A stretch of 64,000 nucleotides of DNA, taken from a virus. The stretch lies in the IMG/VR virus record IMGVR_UViG_3300020474_000993; one strand, given 5' to 3'. Position numbers and translations under genes: made by a program. Below are positions 47,078 to 57,267 of this stretch, one piece after another. Each line of letters begins with the position of its first letter. The stretch's first letter is position 1. The notes beneath the pieces were generated by a model. It saw only the letters and a program-made list of their open reading frames with translations, had not been told where the DNA came from and did not search any database.

Positions 47078-47768
47078 AAAAAGAGATTTACCAGCGTGTG
47101 CGCCGATACCAAATATTAAATTTGATATCAATCGTATGAAAGAAGAACTTACTTATATAGGTGATAAATGGCAAAACATTTATGATGCAAATCCAGGCAT
47201 CACAAAGTTACATGACCAAGATTTCTTATCACAGATTTATAGTACCTTACATGAAATACCTTTGATGTCTATGTCACCAGAAGACATGAAAAAGGCAGAG
47301 GACTTTGAGATAGAAGACCTTGGTAAAAGTAAAATAGAAAGAGTTAGAAACAAAAAGGCAAAGGGTGCAAACTTACCCCCTACTGCAAACGAGATGTTGT
47401 GGGACTATCCCTTAAATGCCTACAAAGGAAGTTACTTTGAACACGCGATAAAGAATAACTTTAAAGCAGAGGTTTGTCGAGCTAGGATACATTTACTAGA
47501 GCCGGGCAAAGATATCTCTCCTCATATAGATTATGACCCCTCATATGGTGTTCGTTGTATATGTCCTATATCAGGCACAGAAGGAACAACAAATTTCTTT
47601 TGGTATAACGGAGAAAAACAAGAGTATAATTTGCCAGCAGATGGTTCAGTATATTTTCTTAATACTGGTTTCAAACATTCGGTGGAAAATCGTGGAACTG
47701 AAAATAGAATTGCTTTAGTATGGACTTTGAAATCACAAGAAGATATAGAATGTTTGGCTATGAAATAA
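47070..47768 (+). CDS. Asp/Asn beta-hydroxylase-like 2OG-Fe(II) oxygenase
   Basis: R.R...L.PG....HID, G.VYFLNT...HSV.N....RI.L. Confidence 0.8.
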   Translation: MLKKRDLPACAPIPNIKFDINRMKEELTYIGDKWQNIYDANPGITKLHDQDFLSQIYSTLHEIPLMSMSPEDMKKAEDFEIEDLGKSKIERVRNKKAKGANLPPTANEMLWDYPLNAYKGSYFEHAIKNNFKAEVCRARIHLLEPGKDISPHIDYDPSYGVRCICPISGTEGTTNFFWYNGEKQEYNLPADGSVYFLNTGFKHSVENRGTENRIALVWTLKSQEDIECLAMK

Positions 47769-48349
47769 GAACATATACACCAGATAAAAGGTCAGAAATA
47801 GAATCGTTTAGAGAATTGTCTTTTAAAGAAGGCAATGATAGTATCTCATACGAAAAATATGACCCAGATAATATTGATGGTGAAACTTGGATGGTTTATG
47901 TTAATAATGAATTGGCATGTATTAGTGTAGCGGAAGCAAGTCATTACACCAGTGACCCCAAAGTAGCTGCAAGAATTTGTAGACTACATATTGCAAAAAA
48001 GTTTAGACCAGCATGGTTGGGTATACCCATATTACCATATCAGATAGAGTGGGCGAAAGAAAAAGGATTTAAGGTATTATACTTCACGCATGATATCAAA
48101 GCTAGGGCGATAAACGCCATGTACCAACATAAAAAGTTTGGTGCTGCTATTACTCCTCTTCAAAAGAAGATAAAGGAAATGTGGTATAGTGATTGGTATC
48201 GTGCATTGAAGACGGATGACCGATATTACTTTCAAGTTGATGATAGGATTGAGTTATTACAATACATTTATTATTGGACACTAGAAGACGGTTATATATG
48301 GCGTCCAAAATCGAATATTATGGAGATAGATAATGAAAATAGAACATGA
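47750..48349 (+). CDS. GNAT-fold acyltransferase-like protein
   Basis: RICRLHI...FR, Q.EWAK..GF..LYFT. Confidence 0.55.
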   Translation: MFGYEIRTYTPDKRSEIESFRELSFKEGNDSISYEKYDPDNIDGETWMVYVNNELACISVAEASHYTSDPKVAARICRLHIAKKFRPAWLGIPILPYQIEWAKEKGFKVLYFTHDIKARAINAMYQHKKFGAAITPLQKKIKEMWYSDWYRALKTDDRYYFQVDDRIELLQYIYYWTLEDGYIWRPKSNIMEIDNENRT

Positions 48350-48926
48350 AACAGTAGCAAGATGGTTTAACTATGTTAGAGAAAAAAATGACCGTTGGTT
48401 TACGGAAAGTTTTTGGGATACACAGTTAAAATCCAAAAAAGAAATAATAGATAATATTCCTCAACACTTCCACGGAAATTATTATATTTTTGGTGGATGG
48501 TATGGTGTACTAGCACACTTAATAGATGACAATGTGCCAGCAGATGAAATATACACCGTTGATATTGACCCCAAATGCAAAGAGGTTGGCGACAGGTATT
48601 TTATAAGACCCAATGTAACATATGTCACGCATGACATGAAAGACTATGCATACCCTAAGAAACCAGATGTTGTTATAAACACCAGCACAGAACATGTACA
48701 TCAACACTCTTACGCTTTGTGGTGGGAAAGGATTCCTACAGGGACATTTTACATAATACAGGGAAATGACCTTGATATACCAGACCATGTTCGTTCATTT
48801 GCTTCTCTTGAATACTTTATTAAGTGGAACCTATGTACGAATATTATCTTTGAGTCTGCCATAGAATTGCCAGGCCCAAATAACAAAACTTACAACCGTT
48901 ATACGGTTATGGGATATAAAGAATGA
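48333..48926 (+). CDS. class I SAM methyltransferase-like protein
   Basis: GGWYG, DIDP, INTS.EH, QGN, RY.V.G. Confidence 0.6.
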   Translation: MKIEHETVARWFNYVREKNDRWFTESFWDTQLKSKKEIIDNIPQHFHGNYYIFGGWYGVLAHLIDDNVPADEIYTVDIDPKCKEVGDRYFIRPNVTYVTHDMKDYAYPKKPDVVINTSTEHVHQHSYALWWERIPTGTFYIIQGNDLDIPDHVRSFASLEYFIKWNLCTNIIFESAIELPGPNNKTYNRYTVMGYKE

Positions 48927-49729
48927 ACGGAAATCAAGTTGCAATTATAGGACATGGGTTTGTTGGAAGAGCGACTGAAAAGTTGTTACAAAAAGTTCCA
49001 GAAATAGGAAGAATATTTATCCAAGACCCCAAATATGATTTAATTCCTAAACATGGCCCATCAACCTTAAAACGAATATCACCAGACGAATGGGACTTTG
49101 TTAAATACGCATTTATATGTGTTCCTACTCCACTCCAAAGTGATATTAGTGTTTTGGATTATGATTACGAAGGACAGAATAAATTTGATATGTCTTGCAT
49201 AGAAGAAGCAGTAAAGGATATACCGCAACATGTACAAATAGTTATTCGTAGTACTGTTGGCCCAGATAACATAAGAGATGAGTGGGTTCATATGCCAGAA
49301 TTCTTGCGTGAACGACACTGGGAAGAGGATATAGAAGATGCATCTATTCCTATTGTAATAGGATGTTCTTATGATGAAGGTTTATTAGATTGGTTTCCAG
49401 ATAGAAATGTTGTTCGCATGGAACCAAAAGAAGCTGCCATGTACAAACTATCAAGGAACGCGATGTTAGCAGCTAAAGTAACACTGACAAACTATATTTT
49501 TGATGTTTGTAATGAATACGATGTGAACTATGATAATGTCAAAGATATGTTAAGCACATATGGAAACTTGGGTGACTCTCATTGGGATGTGCCTGGCCCA
49601 GATGGTGATTTTGGATTTGGTGGAACATGTTTTCCCAAAGATACTACACACTTTTCCTCACTACTTAAACGAACAAACATATTTGAATATATTTTAAGAG
49701 ACAATGAACGAAACCGCAAAATTCTATAA
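48923..49729 (+). CDS. UDP-glucose/GDP-mannose dehydrogenase family protein (short form)
   Basis: G.GFVG, ICVPTP, RSTV, PEFLRE, GFGGTCFPKD. Confidence 0.85.
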   Translation: MNGNQVAIIGHGFVGRATEKLLQKVPEIGRIFIQDPKYDLIPKHGPSTLKRISPDEWDFVKYAFICVPTPLQSDISVLDYDYEGQNKFDMSCIEEAVKDIPQHVQIVIRSTVGPDNIRDEWVHMPEFLRERHWEEDIEDASIPIVIGCSYDEGLLDWFPDRNVVRMEPKEAAMYKLSRNAMLAAKVTLTNYIFDVCNEYDVNYDNVKDMLSTYGNLGDSHWDVPGPDGDFGFGGTCFPKDTTHFSSLLKRTNIFEYILRDNERNRKIL

Positions 49730-50981
49730 GGATATAACAGAAAGAAACAATGCAGTAGGCAAAGGGTTTTGTGTACTCAAGTGGTGGCACTTAGAGATGC
49801 ATCTAGGTACGGGCAACTATCATTCTTGTTTTCACTGTCCACAACAAAACCTAAAACTTGATGAAGACATGCATAATACACTTCATAAGGTTCAACAAAG
49901 AAAGACTATGTTGGAAGGTGGTAGACCAGATGAGTGTTCTTATTGTTGGAAGGCAGAAGATGCTGGTGCGGTAAGTCCTAGAACAACTTTAACCCCGATA
50001 TACACGGACATGCAACCCGATATCATTGAAACTACTTCACAACTGAAGTGGGACGAACATGTTTATCCAAAATATCTTGAAATGAGTTTTTCTAACACAT
50101 GTCAAATGAAGTGTTCTTATTGTGCTCCATCACTAAGTTCTACTTTGTTAAAAGAAATAAAAGAGAATGGTATATATCCGTTACAAGACCCAGTGAATCG
50201 CGGGCAGTATGAATTAAATGGAACAGAAGAACTTTATAAGGATGATGATAACCCCCTTGTAGAAAAGTTTTGGGGTTGGTTTGAAGAAGCAAGAAAACAT
50301 CTTGAAACATTGAGAATAACAGGTGGGGAACCTTTGTTACATAAAAGTACATTTGACATGATGAAGAAACTGGATGGAAGTGATATCAACTTTCATGTAA
50401 ACAGCAACCTTTCAATGTCTAATAGAAGGGTAATCGATGCATGTAACTTGTTACCATCAAAATCTAGGATATATGCAAGTGTAGATACGATTGGAAATCA
50501 AGCAGAGTGGATTAGACACGGACTAAACTGGGAGTTGTTTGAACAAAATGTTCTTACTATTATTAATCGCAAAATTCCAATTAGTTTTATGACTACATTT
50601 TGTTTATTGAGTATTCCAAGATTCAAAGATTTCCTATACTGGATAATACAAGCAAAAGAGTTTGGAGATGTTACATTGGACACTCCATTTATGACAAACC
50701 CACCTCACCTATCTTGTCTTATTATGGATGACAATATAAGGAACACACTTGAAGACTCATATCAGTTTATGAAAGAGAATAGTGAATTTAAGGAACAAGA
50801 AGTAATAAAGTTTGAAAGAATATTGAAGTGGGTTGATGCAAATAGGTTTTCTGGAGACCGCCTAAATAGTAATAGAAAAGATTTTAAAATATTTGTCGAT
50901 GAACATGATAGGCGCAGAAACACAAACTGGCATGAAGCCTTTCCAGAGTTGACATATTTTTATGAGCTATGTGATGACTGA
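49704..50981 (+). CDS. N-terminal Twitch-domain radical SAM protein 1
   Basis: FCVLKW..CFHC..CSYCW; CQMKCSYC; GGEP. Confidence 0.9.
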   Translation: MNETAKFYKDITERNNAVGKGFCVLKWWHLEMHLGTGNYHSCFHCPQQNLKLDEDMHNTLHKVQQRKTMLEGGRPDECSYCWKAEDAGAVSPRTTLTPIYTDMQPDIIETTSQLKWDEHVYPKYLEMSFSNTCQMKCSYCAPSLSSTLLKEIKENGIYPLQDPVNRGQYELNGTEELYKDDDNPLVEKFWGWFEEARKHLETLRITGGEPLLHKSTFDMMKKLDGSDINFHVNSNLSMSNRRVIDACNLLPSKSRIYASVDTIGNQAEWIRHGLNWELFEQNVLTIINRKIPISFMTTFCLLSIPRFKDFLYWIIQAKEFGDVTLDTPFMTNPPHLSCLIMDDNIRNTLEDSYQFMKENSEFKEQEVIKFERILKWVDANRFSGDRLNSNRKDFKIFVDEHDRRRNTNWHEAFPELTYFYELCDD

Positions 50982-52362
50982 AAACAAACCAAATGAATAC
51001 TGGATAGAACAACTAAAACAGAAAAGAGAAAAGATTAACGCAATCTCTCCTTCTTTCTGTTCTGCTAAGTGGTTACAAACTACTCTGTATTTGCAGAATG
51101 GTTATAATCACTCTTGTCACCATCCATCCCCACATAAGATACCTGTAAAAGAAGTACTGGAAAATCCAGCAGCTCTTCATAATAGTAATTACAAAAAAGA
51201 ACAAAGAGTTAAGATGTTAAATGGCGTAAGACCAAAAGAATGTGATTACTGTTGGAAAATAGAAGACCAAGGCAAAGGTCATTTTTCTGACCGTCATTAC
51301 AAAACTTCTGATTGGTGGGCATGGGATAAAACTGATATTATTGCAACTAGTAATCCAACCGATGATGTCTATCCAACATACCTAGAAGTATCGTTTTCAA
51401 ACGCATGTAATTTTGCGTGTGCGTATTGTTCACCAGAGATTAGTTCTAAGTGGATGAAGGATATAGAAAAGAATGGTGACTATCCTGTACAGTTTGGTTC
51501 TGGTAATTTAGACTATTTGAGGCAAGTAGAAAAGTTTCCATATAAACACTCTGACCCAAATCCTTATGTTGATGCATTTTGGAAATGGTTCCCAGAGGCG
51601 CTTCCTCACCTTAGAGTTTTCCGCATGACTGGCGGTGAACCTACCATGAGTAAAGATGTCTGGAAAGTAATAGATTACATATATGAAAATGCCCAACCAG
51701 ATTTGTCTATCGCAATCAATAGTAATCTAGGTACAACACCAGAACTGATACAGAGACTAGTTGACGCATGTAACAAATTAAAAGACAAAGTTAAACAAAT
51801 TGAGATATATACAAGTGCGGAGGCAATTGGAGAACAGGCAGAATATATTAGAGATGGAATGGACTACGATTACTGGCGTGCCAATGTAGAAAAGGTATTA
51901 TCAGAAACAGATGCCAATGTTGCGATTATGACTACATTGAACATATTAAGTATGACTACATTTAATGACTTCATCGAAGACATAATGGAATTGAGGATAA
52001 AGTATAATAAAGATTTAGCAAATAACAGAATACCGTTAAGTATAAACTATTTAAGATTCCCGCCCCATTTACAATGTACTCTATTAGACAGGAATACTAG
52101 AATATCATATGCGTCTGATTACGAATTGACCGCGAAGGTTTGGTTGAAATATAATTCACCAGACAAGTTCGCAAGAATTTACTTGGAAGAGTATGACCAG
52201 ATACAAAGGTTCTGTGAATATCTTAGGCAAGAACACAAAGGTGCTGAAAAGTATAGAGCAGACTTTGTAAATTATATAAAAGCCTACGATATCAGAAGAG
52301 AGAAAAACTTTAGCAAAACTTTTCCAGAATATGAACATTTATTGGAGTGGTGGGATGCCTAA
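50962..52362 (+). CDS. N-terminal Twitch-domain radical SAM protein 2
   Basis: FCSAKW..CHH..CDYCW; CNFACAYC; GGEP. Confidence 0.9.
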   Translation: MSYVMTENKPNEYWIEQLKQKREKINAISPSFCSAKWLQTTLYLQNGYNHSCHHPSPHKIPVKEVLENPAALHNSNYKKEQRVKMLNGVRPKECDYCWKIEDQGKGHFSDRHYKTSDWWAWDKTDIIATSNPTDDVYPTYLEVSFSNACNFACAYCSPEISSKWMKDIEKNGDYPVQFGSGNLDYLRQVEKFPYKHSDPNPYVDAFWKWFPEALPHLRVFRMTGGEPTMSKDVWKVIDYIYENAQPDLSIAINSNLGTTPELIQRLVDACNKLKDKVKQIEIYTSAEAIGEQAEYIRDGMDYDYWRANVEKVLSETDANVAIMTTLNILSMTTFNDFIEDIMELRIKYNKDLANNRIPLSINYLRFPPHLQCTLLDRNTRISYASDYELTAKVWLKYNSPDKFARIYLEEYDQIQRFCEYLRQEHKGAEKYRADFVNYIKAYDIRREKNFSKTFPEYEHLLEWWDA

Positions 52363-52582
52363 AAAATACATTCATGTAAACATGCACAAAATTCGTGCCA
52401 ATAAAAAACATGGAACAAACGAACCTGTTCTTACAGTAAAAGAAGGAAGAAAAAATACTTATGGACATAGTGTAAAAATACATGGCCCAAGTGAAGTAAT
52501 ATATGGTGGGAATGAAAAACCATTGTTACCCTGTGGGGCAAGAGTTGTTATAATGACAGAAGCGGAGATTGAAATTGAATAA
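52355..52582 (+). CDS. conserved small phage protein
   Basis: IHVN.H.I..N.K....PV.TVK...L.CGARV. Confidence 0.75.
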   Translation: MPKKYIHVNMHKIRANKKHGTNEPVLTVKEGRKNTYGHSVKIHGPSEVIYGGNEKPLLPCGARVVIMTEAEIEIE

Positions 52583-54077
52583 AGAACATGACTTGATAAA
52601 GTATCGTAAAGATATCCTTGATACTAAGTCGAAGAGTTTTTGTGGTGCGAAGTGGTACAACGCTACCACATGGTTAGGTAGTGGTACTACTGCTAGTTGT
52701 CATCACCCCCCAGCACATAAGATTCCATTACACGAGATTTCGGCTGACCCATCTGCAATCCACAACACGCAACATAAGAAGGCAATGCGTAAGATGATGC
52801 AACGCGGAGAAAGACCTCGTGAGTGTGAGTATTGTTGGAAAGTTGAAGATATGAAAGATGAAGCTGTTAGTGACAGAGTTTTTAAATCAATCATATACAC
52901 CAACGAAGATTTGAAGAAAGCACACGAGGCGGACTTCAATGATAACACATTATTAAAAACATTTGAGATTGCATTTGACCGAACATGTAACCTCGCGTGT
53001 TCTTATTGTAACTCTAGTTTCTCTACTACATGGGCGAAGGATATAAAGAAATCTGGGCCGTATCAAAATATGGTATCAGATGGTGCAGCTGCTTTTCAAC
53101 ATGATGGTTCATGGGCAGACCCATATGGAAAGAAAGAAGAAAATCCATATGTAACAGCATTCTGGGATTGGTGGGAAGATGGACTCTCAAAGAGTCTTGA
53201 AGAGTTGAGGGTTACAGGTGGTGAACCATTGATGTCTGACCAAGTATGGAAACTGTTTGATTGGTTTGAACAGAACCCATCCGATATGAGATTTGCAGTA
53301 AACTCTAATCTTATTGCGAAGAAAAGTATTGTTGATAGACTGATAGAGAAGTCAAAGGGTGTCAAGAAGTTCCACCTTTATACTAGTTGTGAGGCAACAG
53401 GGAAACAGGCGGAGTATATAAGGGACGGACTTGACTATGAACTATGGACTAGTAATATAACACGATTTATTAAAGAAGGCAACTACGAAGGCATCAATAT
53501 AATGATGACTATTAATAGTCTGTGTTTGTTTAGTATAACAGACTTCCTAGATGATGTGTTTAAATTAAAAGAATTGACAAAAAGTAAAACGCCTGTGTTT
53601 AGTGTTAACTTATTACGATTCCCTAGTTTCCAAAGTCCCCTTGCACTACCAGACCACATCAAAGACTATCTTAGAGAAAAGTTATCTAGTTGGTATGAAG
53701 AAAACAAAGATAGACCATATTGGCATGACTTTGAGAAAGCAAGTGTTGAAAGGTTGATAGACTATCTTGTAATCGTTGACGCGCCACATAGAAGGACTAG
53801 TGATAAGATGACATTGTGGAGAGACTTCAAAACTTTCTATAATCAGTATGATGTAAGAAGAGATAAAAGTTTATCTGTATTTCCAGAAATTCTTACTGAT
53901 TGGGTAGACACTATTCCAGACACCGAAACTAAACAAATAACAGTTATGCCAAGTGGTGATAGTACAGAACAGTACGCGGATGACCCAGACTTGAAAAAAA
54001 TTGCAGAAGAAGAAGGTTGGGTATTAAAACCAGATAATAAAAATATTGATGAAGCATTGGGGGACTACGATAAATGA
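52569..54077 (+). CDS. N-terminal Twitch-domain radical SAM protein 3
   Basis: FCGAKW..CHH..CEYCW; CNLACSYC; GGEP. Confidence 0.9.
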   Translation: MKLNKEHDLIKYRKDILDTKSKSFCGAKWYNATTWLGSGTTASCHHPPAHKIPLHEISADPSAIHNTQHKKAMRKMMQRGERPRECEYCWKVEDMKDEAVSDRVFKSIIYTNEDLKKAHEADFNDNTLLKTFEIAFDRTCNLACSYCNSSFSTTWAKDIKKSGPYQNMVSDGAAAFQHDGSWADPYGKKEENPYVTAFWDWWEDGLSKSLEELRVTGGEPLMSDQVWKLFDWFEQNPSDMRFAVNSNLIAKKSIVDRLIEKSKGVKKFHLYTSCEATGKQAEYIRDGLDYELWTSNITRFIKEGNYEGINIMMTINSLCLFSITDFLDDVFKLKELTKSKTPVFSVNLLRFPSFQSPLALPDHIKDYLREKLSSWYEENKDRPYWHDFEKASVERLIDYLVIVDAPHRRTSDKMTLWRDFKTFYNQYDVRRDKSLSVFPEILTDWVDTIPDTETKQITVMPSGDSTEQYADDPDLKKIAEEEGWVLKPDNKNIDEALGDYDK

Positions 54078-54511
54078 AGATATTAATATTTGGACTGCCT
54101 GGCTCTGGTAAAACCACTCTTGCTAGAGAACTATCATATCACTTTTTACTACCCCATCACAATGGTGATACTTATAGGGAACGCATGAATGATTGGGATT
54201 TTAGTTATTCTGGAAGAAATAAACAAGCAACCAGAATGGGTAACCAATGGGGTATATTAGATTTTGTTTGCCCCACTGAATATTTAAGAGAGATTGTCAG
54301 ACCGCATTTTACTATCTTTATGAACACGATACATGAAGGTAGATACGATGACACAAATAAATTATTTGAACAACCACTATCGTGTGATATTGAGGTAAAA
54401 GAATGGATAGAACTAAACCAACTACGCAGCTCCTTGGAAGGTTTCAACCATGGCATAAAGGGCATACAGAGTTATTTAAACGAGCAATTTCCAAAACTGG
54501 TCAAGTCATAA
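54074..54511 (+). CDS. adenylyl-sulfate kinase (CysC)-like P-loop kinase
   Basis: GLPGSGKTT, NGD..R, DFS..GR, DFVCP. Confidence 0.7.
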   Translation: MKILIFGLPGSGKTTLARELSYHFLLPHHNGDTYRERMNDWDFSYSGRNKQATRMGNQWGILDFVCPTEYLREIVRPHFTIFMNTIHEGRYDDTNKLFEQPLSCDIEVKEWIELNQLRSSLEGFNHGIKGIQSYLNEQFPKLVKS

Positions 54512-54753
54512 TCTTGCTCAGAAATACGACTATTGATGAAGATAATCCATACAGCATCGAAGACAGAAGAAGTATGATTGCTATTGCACTTAATCAATCT
54601 GGATTTATTTATGGTGAAGATTATGAAGTTATGGGAGTTCCTAATATAACGCATATTACATATGGCCGCGATGTTGGATACAAAATAGAAAAGGAGTTAT
54701 TTGGAGAAAATGTAGAAAATATTTCTGCAACCGAAATTCGTAATGAAAGATAG
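54403..54753 (+). CDS. HIGH-family nucleotidyltransferase (minimal)
   Basis: GRFQPWHKGH, NP, YGRDVGY, ISATEIR; GAGG RBS. Confidence 0.8.
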   Translation: MDRTKPTTQLLGRFQPWHKGHTELFKRAISKTGQVIILLRNTTIDEDNPYSIEDRRSMIAIALNQSGFIYGEDYEVMGVPNITHITYGRDVGYKIEKELFGENVENISATEIRNER

Positions 54754-56044
54754 ACCTTACCTTTGTACAGCACCGTGGACACATACCTATGTCTCCCCAC
54801 AAGGAGAACGGAGGTTGTGTTGTGCTAGCAGAGAAGAGGCATCATTTCAAAAACAGTATTTAGATAGTGGTACTGCAAAGGGTAAGTTTGAACCACAATC
54901 ATTAAAAGAACATTGGAATAGTGATTATATGAAAGATATCCGTAAGAGGATGTTAGCGGGAGAAAAATTAAAACAATGTCAAGTATGTAATGACCAAGTT
55001 TTAAACCTACACACATATCGTCAATATTTTACCGAAACATTGTTCCCCCACAAAGTAGATGACATTATAGCGACTACGCGAGAAGACGGGCATTACGATA
55101 AGATGCCAGTCTCGTATGATTATCGTATTTCAAATCTATGTAACTTTAAATGTCGGATGTGTGGGGAACAATTATCCTCTAGTTGGGAAGCAGAAAAGAA
55201 AAAACATAATCTTATTGATGTAAAACAAGACCCTTGGATGGAACCCACTACTAGAAAGAAAATATCGAACTTTCAAGAAGAAGTTTTAGAAGAAGAATTA
55301 CAAAAAGCAGTTGATGATAAAACCATAGAAGAAATATACTGGGTTGGTGGCGAACCATTGATGTGGGAAAGACATTGGACTGTCATGCAACAATTGGTAG
55401 ATAATGGACACGCGAAAAATGTTACTATCCGTTATAATACAAATTTAAGTAGAGTAAAATATAAAGATTATAATTTATGGGACATGTTACCACATTTTAA
55501 GAATGTTAATATATGTGCCAGTATTGATGGTGCGTATGAAGTAGGTGAATATATCAGAGATGGACTAGTATGGAGTGAGTGGATAGAAAACTTCAAGTCT
55601 GGTATGTTTTTGATAGACCAATTTGGGGATGATGCGATGGTATTTGATGTTACACTAACAACGCCAGGCTTATTTCATCTTAATAAATTGATTGATGTAG
55701 CACATTCACTTGATATAAAATCATACTTCAAATTTACATATGCATTTGACCCTAGTGTTGTCATGTCACCGTTTTGTGTTCCAAAAAATGTACTTTTACC
55801 CCAAGTTGATTCATTAATGCAACATCTTAGTGACAAACTGACTCCAAAAACAAAAGTTTATAAGGATTCGCTGAATAATCTAATAAATAGAGAGTCATTT
55901 GATGAACAATGGCCTAAAACATATAAAAACGGATTGAAACGCGGAAAAGAGTTTCAAGAATATCTTGATAATCTAAGAAATACCAAATTGAAGTTTGTTG
56001 ATACACTTCACGGTGATGCCGTGGATTGGTGGAATAAAATATGA
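54743..56044 (+). CDS. N-terminal Twitch-domain radical SAM protein 4
   Basis: CTAPW..CC..CQVC; CNFKCRMC; GGEP. Confidence 0.9.
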   Translation: MKDRPYLCTAPWTHTYVSPQGERRLCCASREEASFQKQYLDSGTAKGKFEPQSLKEHWNSDYMKDIRKRMLAGEKLKQCQVCNDQVLNLHTYRQYFTETLFPHKVDDIIATTREDGHYDKMPVSYDYRISNLCNFKCRMCGEQLSSSWEAEKKKHNLIDVKQDPWMEPTTRKKISNFQEEVLEEELQKAVDDKTIEEIYWVGGEPLMWERHWTVMQQLVDNGHAKNVTIRYNTNLSRVKYKDYNLWDMLPHFKNVNICASIDGAYEVGEYIRDGLVWSEWIENFKSGMFLIDQFGDDAMVFDVTLTTPGLFHLNKLIDVAHSLDIKSYFKFTYAFDPSVVMSPFCVPKNVLLPQVDSLMQHLSDKLTPKTKVYKDSLNNLINRESFDEQWPKTYKNGLKRGKEFQEYLDNLRNTKLKFVDTLHGDAVDWWNKI

Positions 56045-57267
56045 GCGAATCATTTTGTCCTTTACCTTGGAACCATCTTGCAACCCATCCTCATGGGATA
56101 TGTACTCTATGTTGTGAGTCAAATCAAGAAGAGGGACAGTCACAAGCATTTAATGAAACGAATAATAAATCGTTTAGAAAGTTTTTGACATTACAGGATG
56201 TAAGTGATTTTTCTGAGATTACCAATTCCGATAGTTTCAGTAAAGTTAGACTACAAATGTTGAATGGTGAAAAACCAGTTGAATGTAGTAAGTGTTGGGA
56301 AGCAGAAAGTGTAGGTAACAAAAGTAAACGATATTATGAAAGTCGCCGTTTGCCTATGACTTTGAAACAGGCAAAAGAGATAACAAATGATGATGGAACT
56401 TTAAAGGAGGTCAACTATGAATTTGTGGAATTGCGTCTTGGCAACCATTGTAATGTTCAGTGCCGGACTTGCAATCCTTACTCGTCTTCTAGGTGGTTAA
56501 AGGATTGGGACAACATATATCCAGAAAGAAGAGCGCTTCCAGAGTTTACGCGAAAAAGCAGTTTTAACTGGCCATTAGAAGAAGAGTTCTGGGAAAAACT
56601 TATTGATAGATGCAACGAACTGAAATTGTTGTATATCAATGGTGGTGAACCGTTTCTTATAGACAAACATTTTAATTTCTTGCAGACTTTAGTTGATAGA
56701 GGGATATCAAAGAATGTAGAAATAGTTTACTCTACCAACTGTACCATTATCAATCACACATATGAGGACATATGGAAGGAATTTAAAAAGGTACAGTTTA
56801 TGTTGTCCATTGATTGTGTTGGTGAGAGGAATGAGTATATTAGAACCTACACCGCGTGGTCTAAGGTACTGGAGTTTGTTGATTGGATGAAGGATATTAC
56901 AGGTAAGAATGACAACCTAGATTATAACATACTTCAAACTGTATCCACATACAACATCTTCTATATACCAGAATTCTATGAGTATTTTGATGGTGAACAT
57001 ATAAGTCATAACTTTGTAAAAGACCCAGCTCAATATGACCCATTGATTTTACCACAAGTTATACAACAAAAGATTTTAGATAAATTGTCTGGATGTGAAG
57101 GATATGATGTAGTTAAGAACTACTTTAATATAGAAGGTATATCATATACTGATTTAGATTTGATGAAGTCTTTCTTCCAAAAAACTGGTGCGATGGATGT
57201 CACAAAGAAAACATCATTTAAGAAAACCTTTCCAGAATTTTATGAGTTAATTAAAGATTATGAGTGA
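56041..57267 (+). CDS. N-terminal Twitch-domain radical SAM protein 5
   Basis: CPLPW..CC..CSKCW; CNVQCRTC; GGEP. Confidence 0.9.
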   Translation: MSESFCPLPWNHLATHPHGICTLCCESNQEEGQSQAFNETNNKSFRKFLTLQDVSDFSEITNSDSFSKVRLQMLNGEKPVECSKCWEAESVGNKSKRYYESRRLPMTLKQAKEITNDDGTLKEVNYEFVELRLGNHCNVQCRTCNPYSSSRWLKDWDNIYPERRALPEFTRKSSFNWPLEEEFWEKLIDRCNELKLLYINGGEPFLIDKHFNFLQTLVDRGISKNVEIVYSTNCTIINHTYEDIWKEFKKVQFMLSIDCVGERNEYIRTYTAWSKVLEFVDWMKDITGKNDNLDYNILQTVSTYNIFYIPEFYEYFDGEHISHNFVKDPAQYDPLILPQVIQQKILDKLSGCEGYDVVKNYFNIEGISYTDLDLMKSFFQKTGAMDVTKKTSFKKTFPEFYELIKDYE

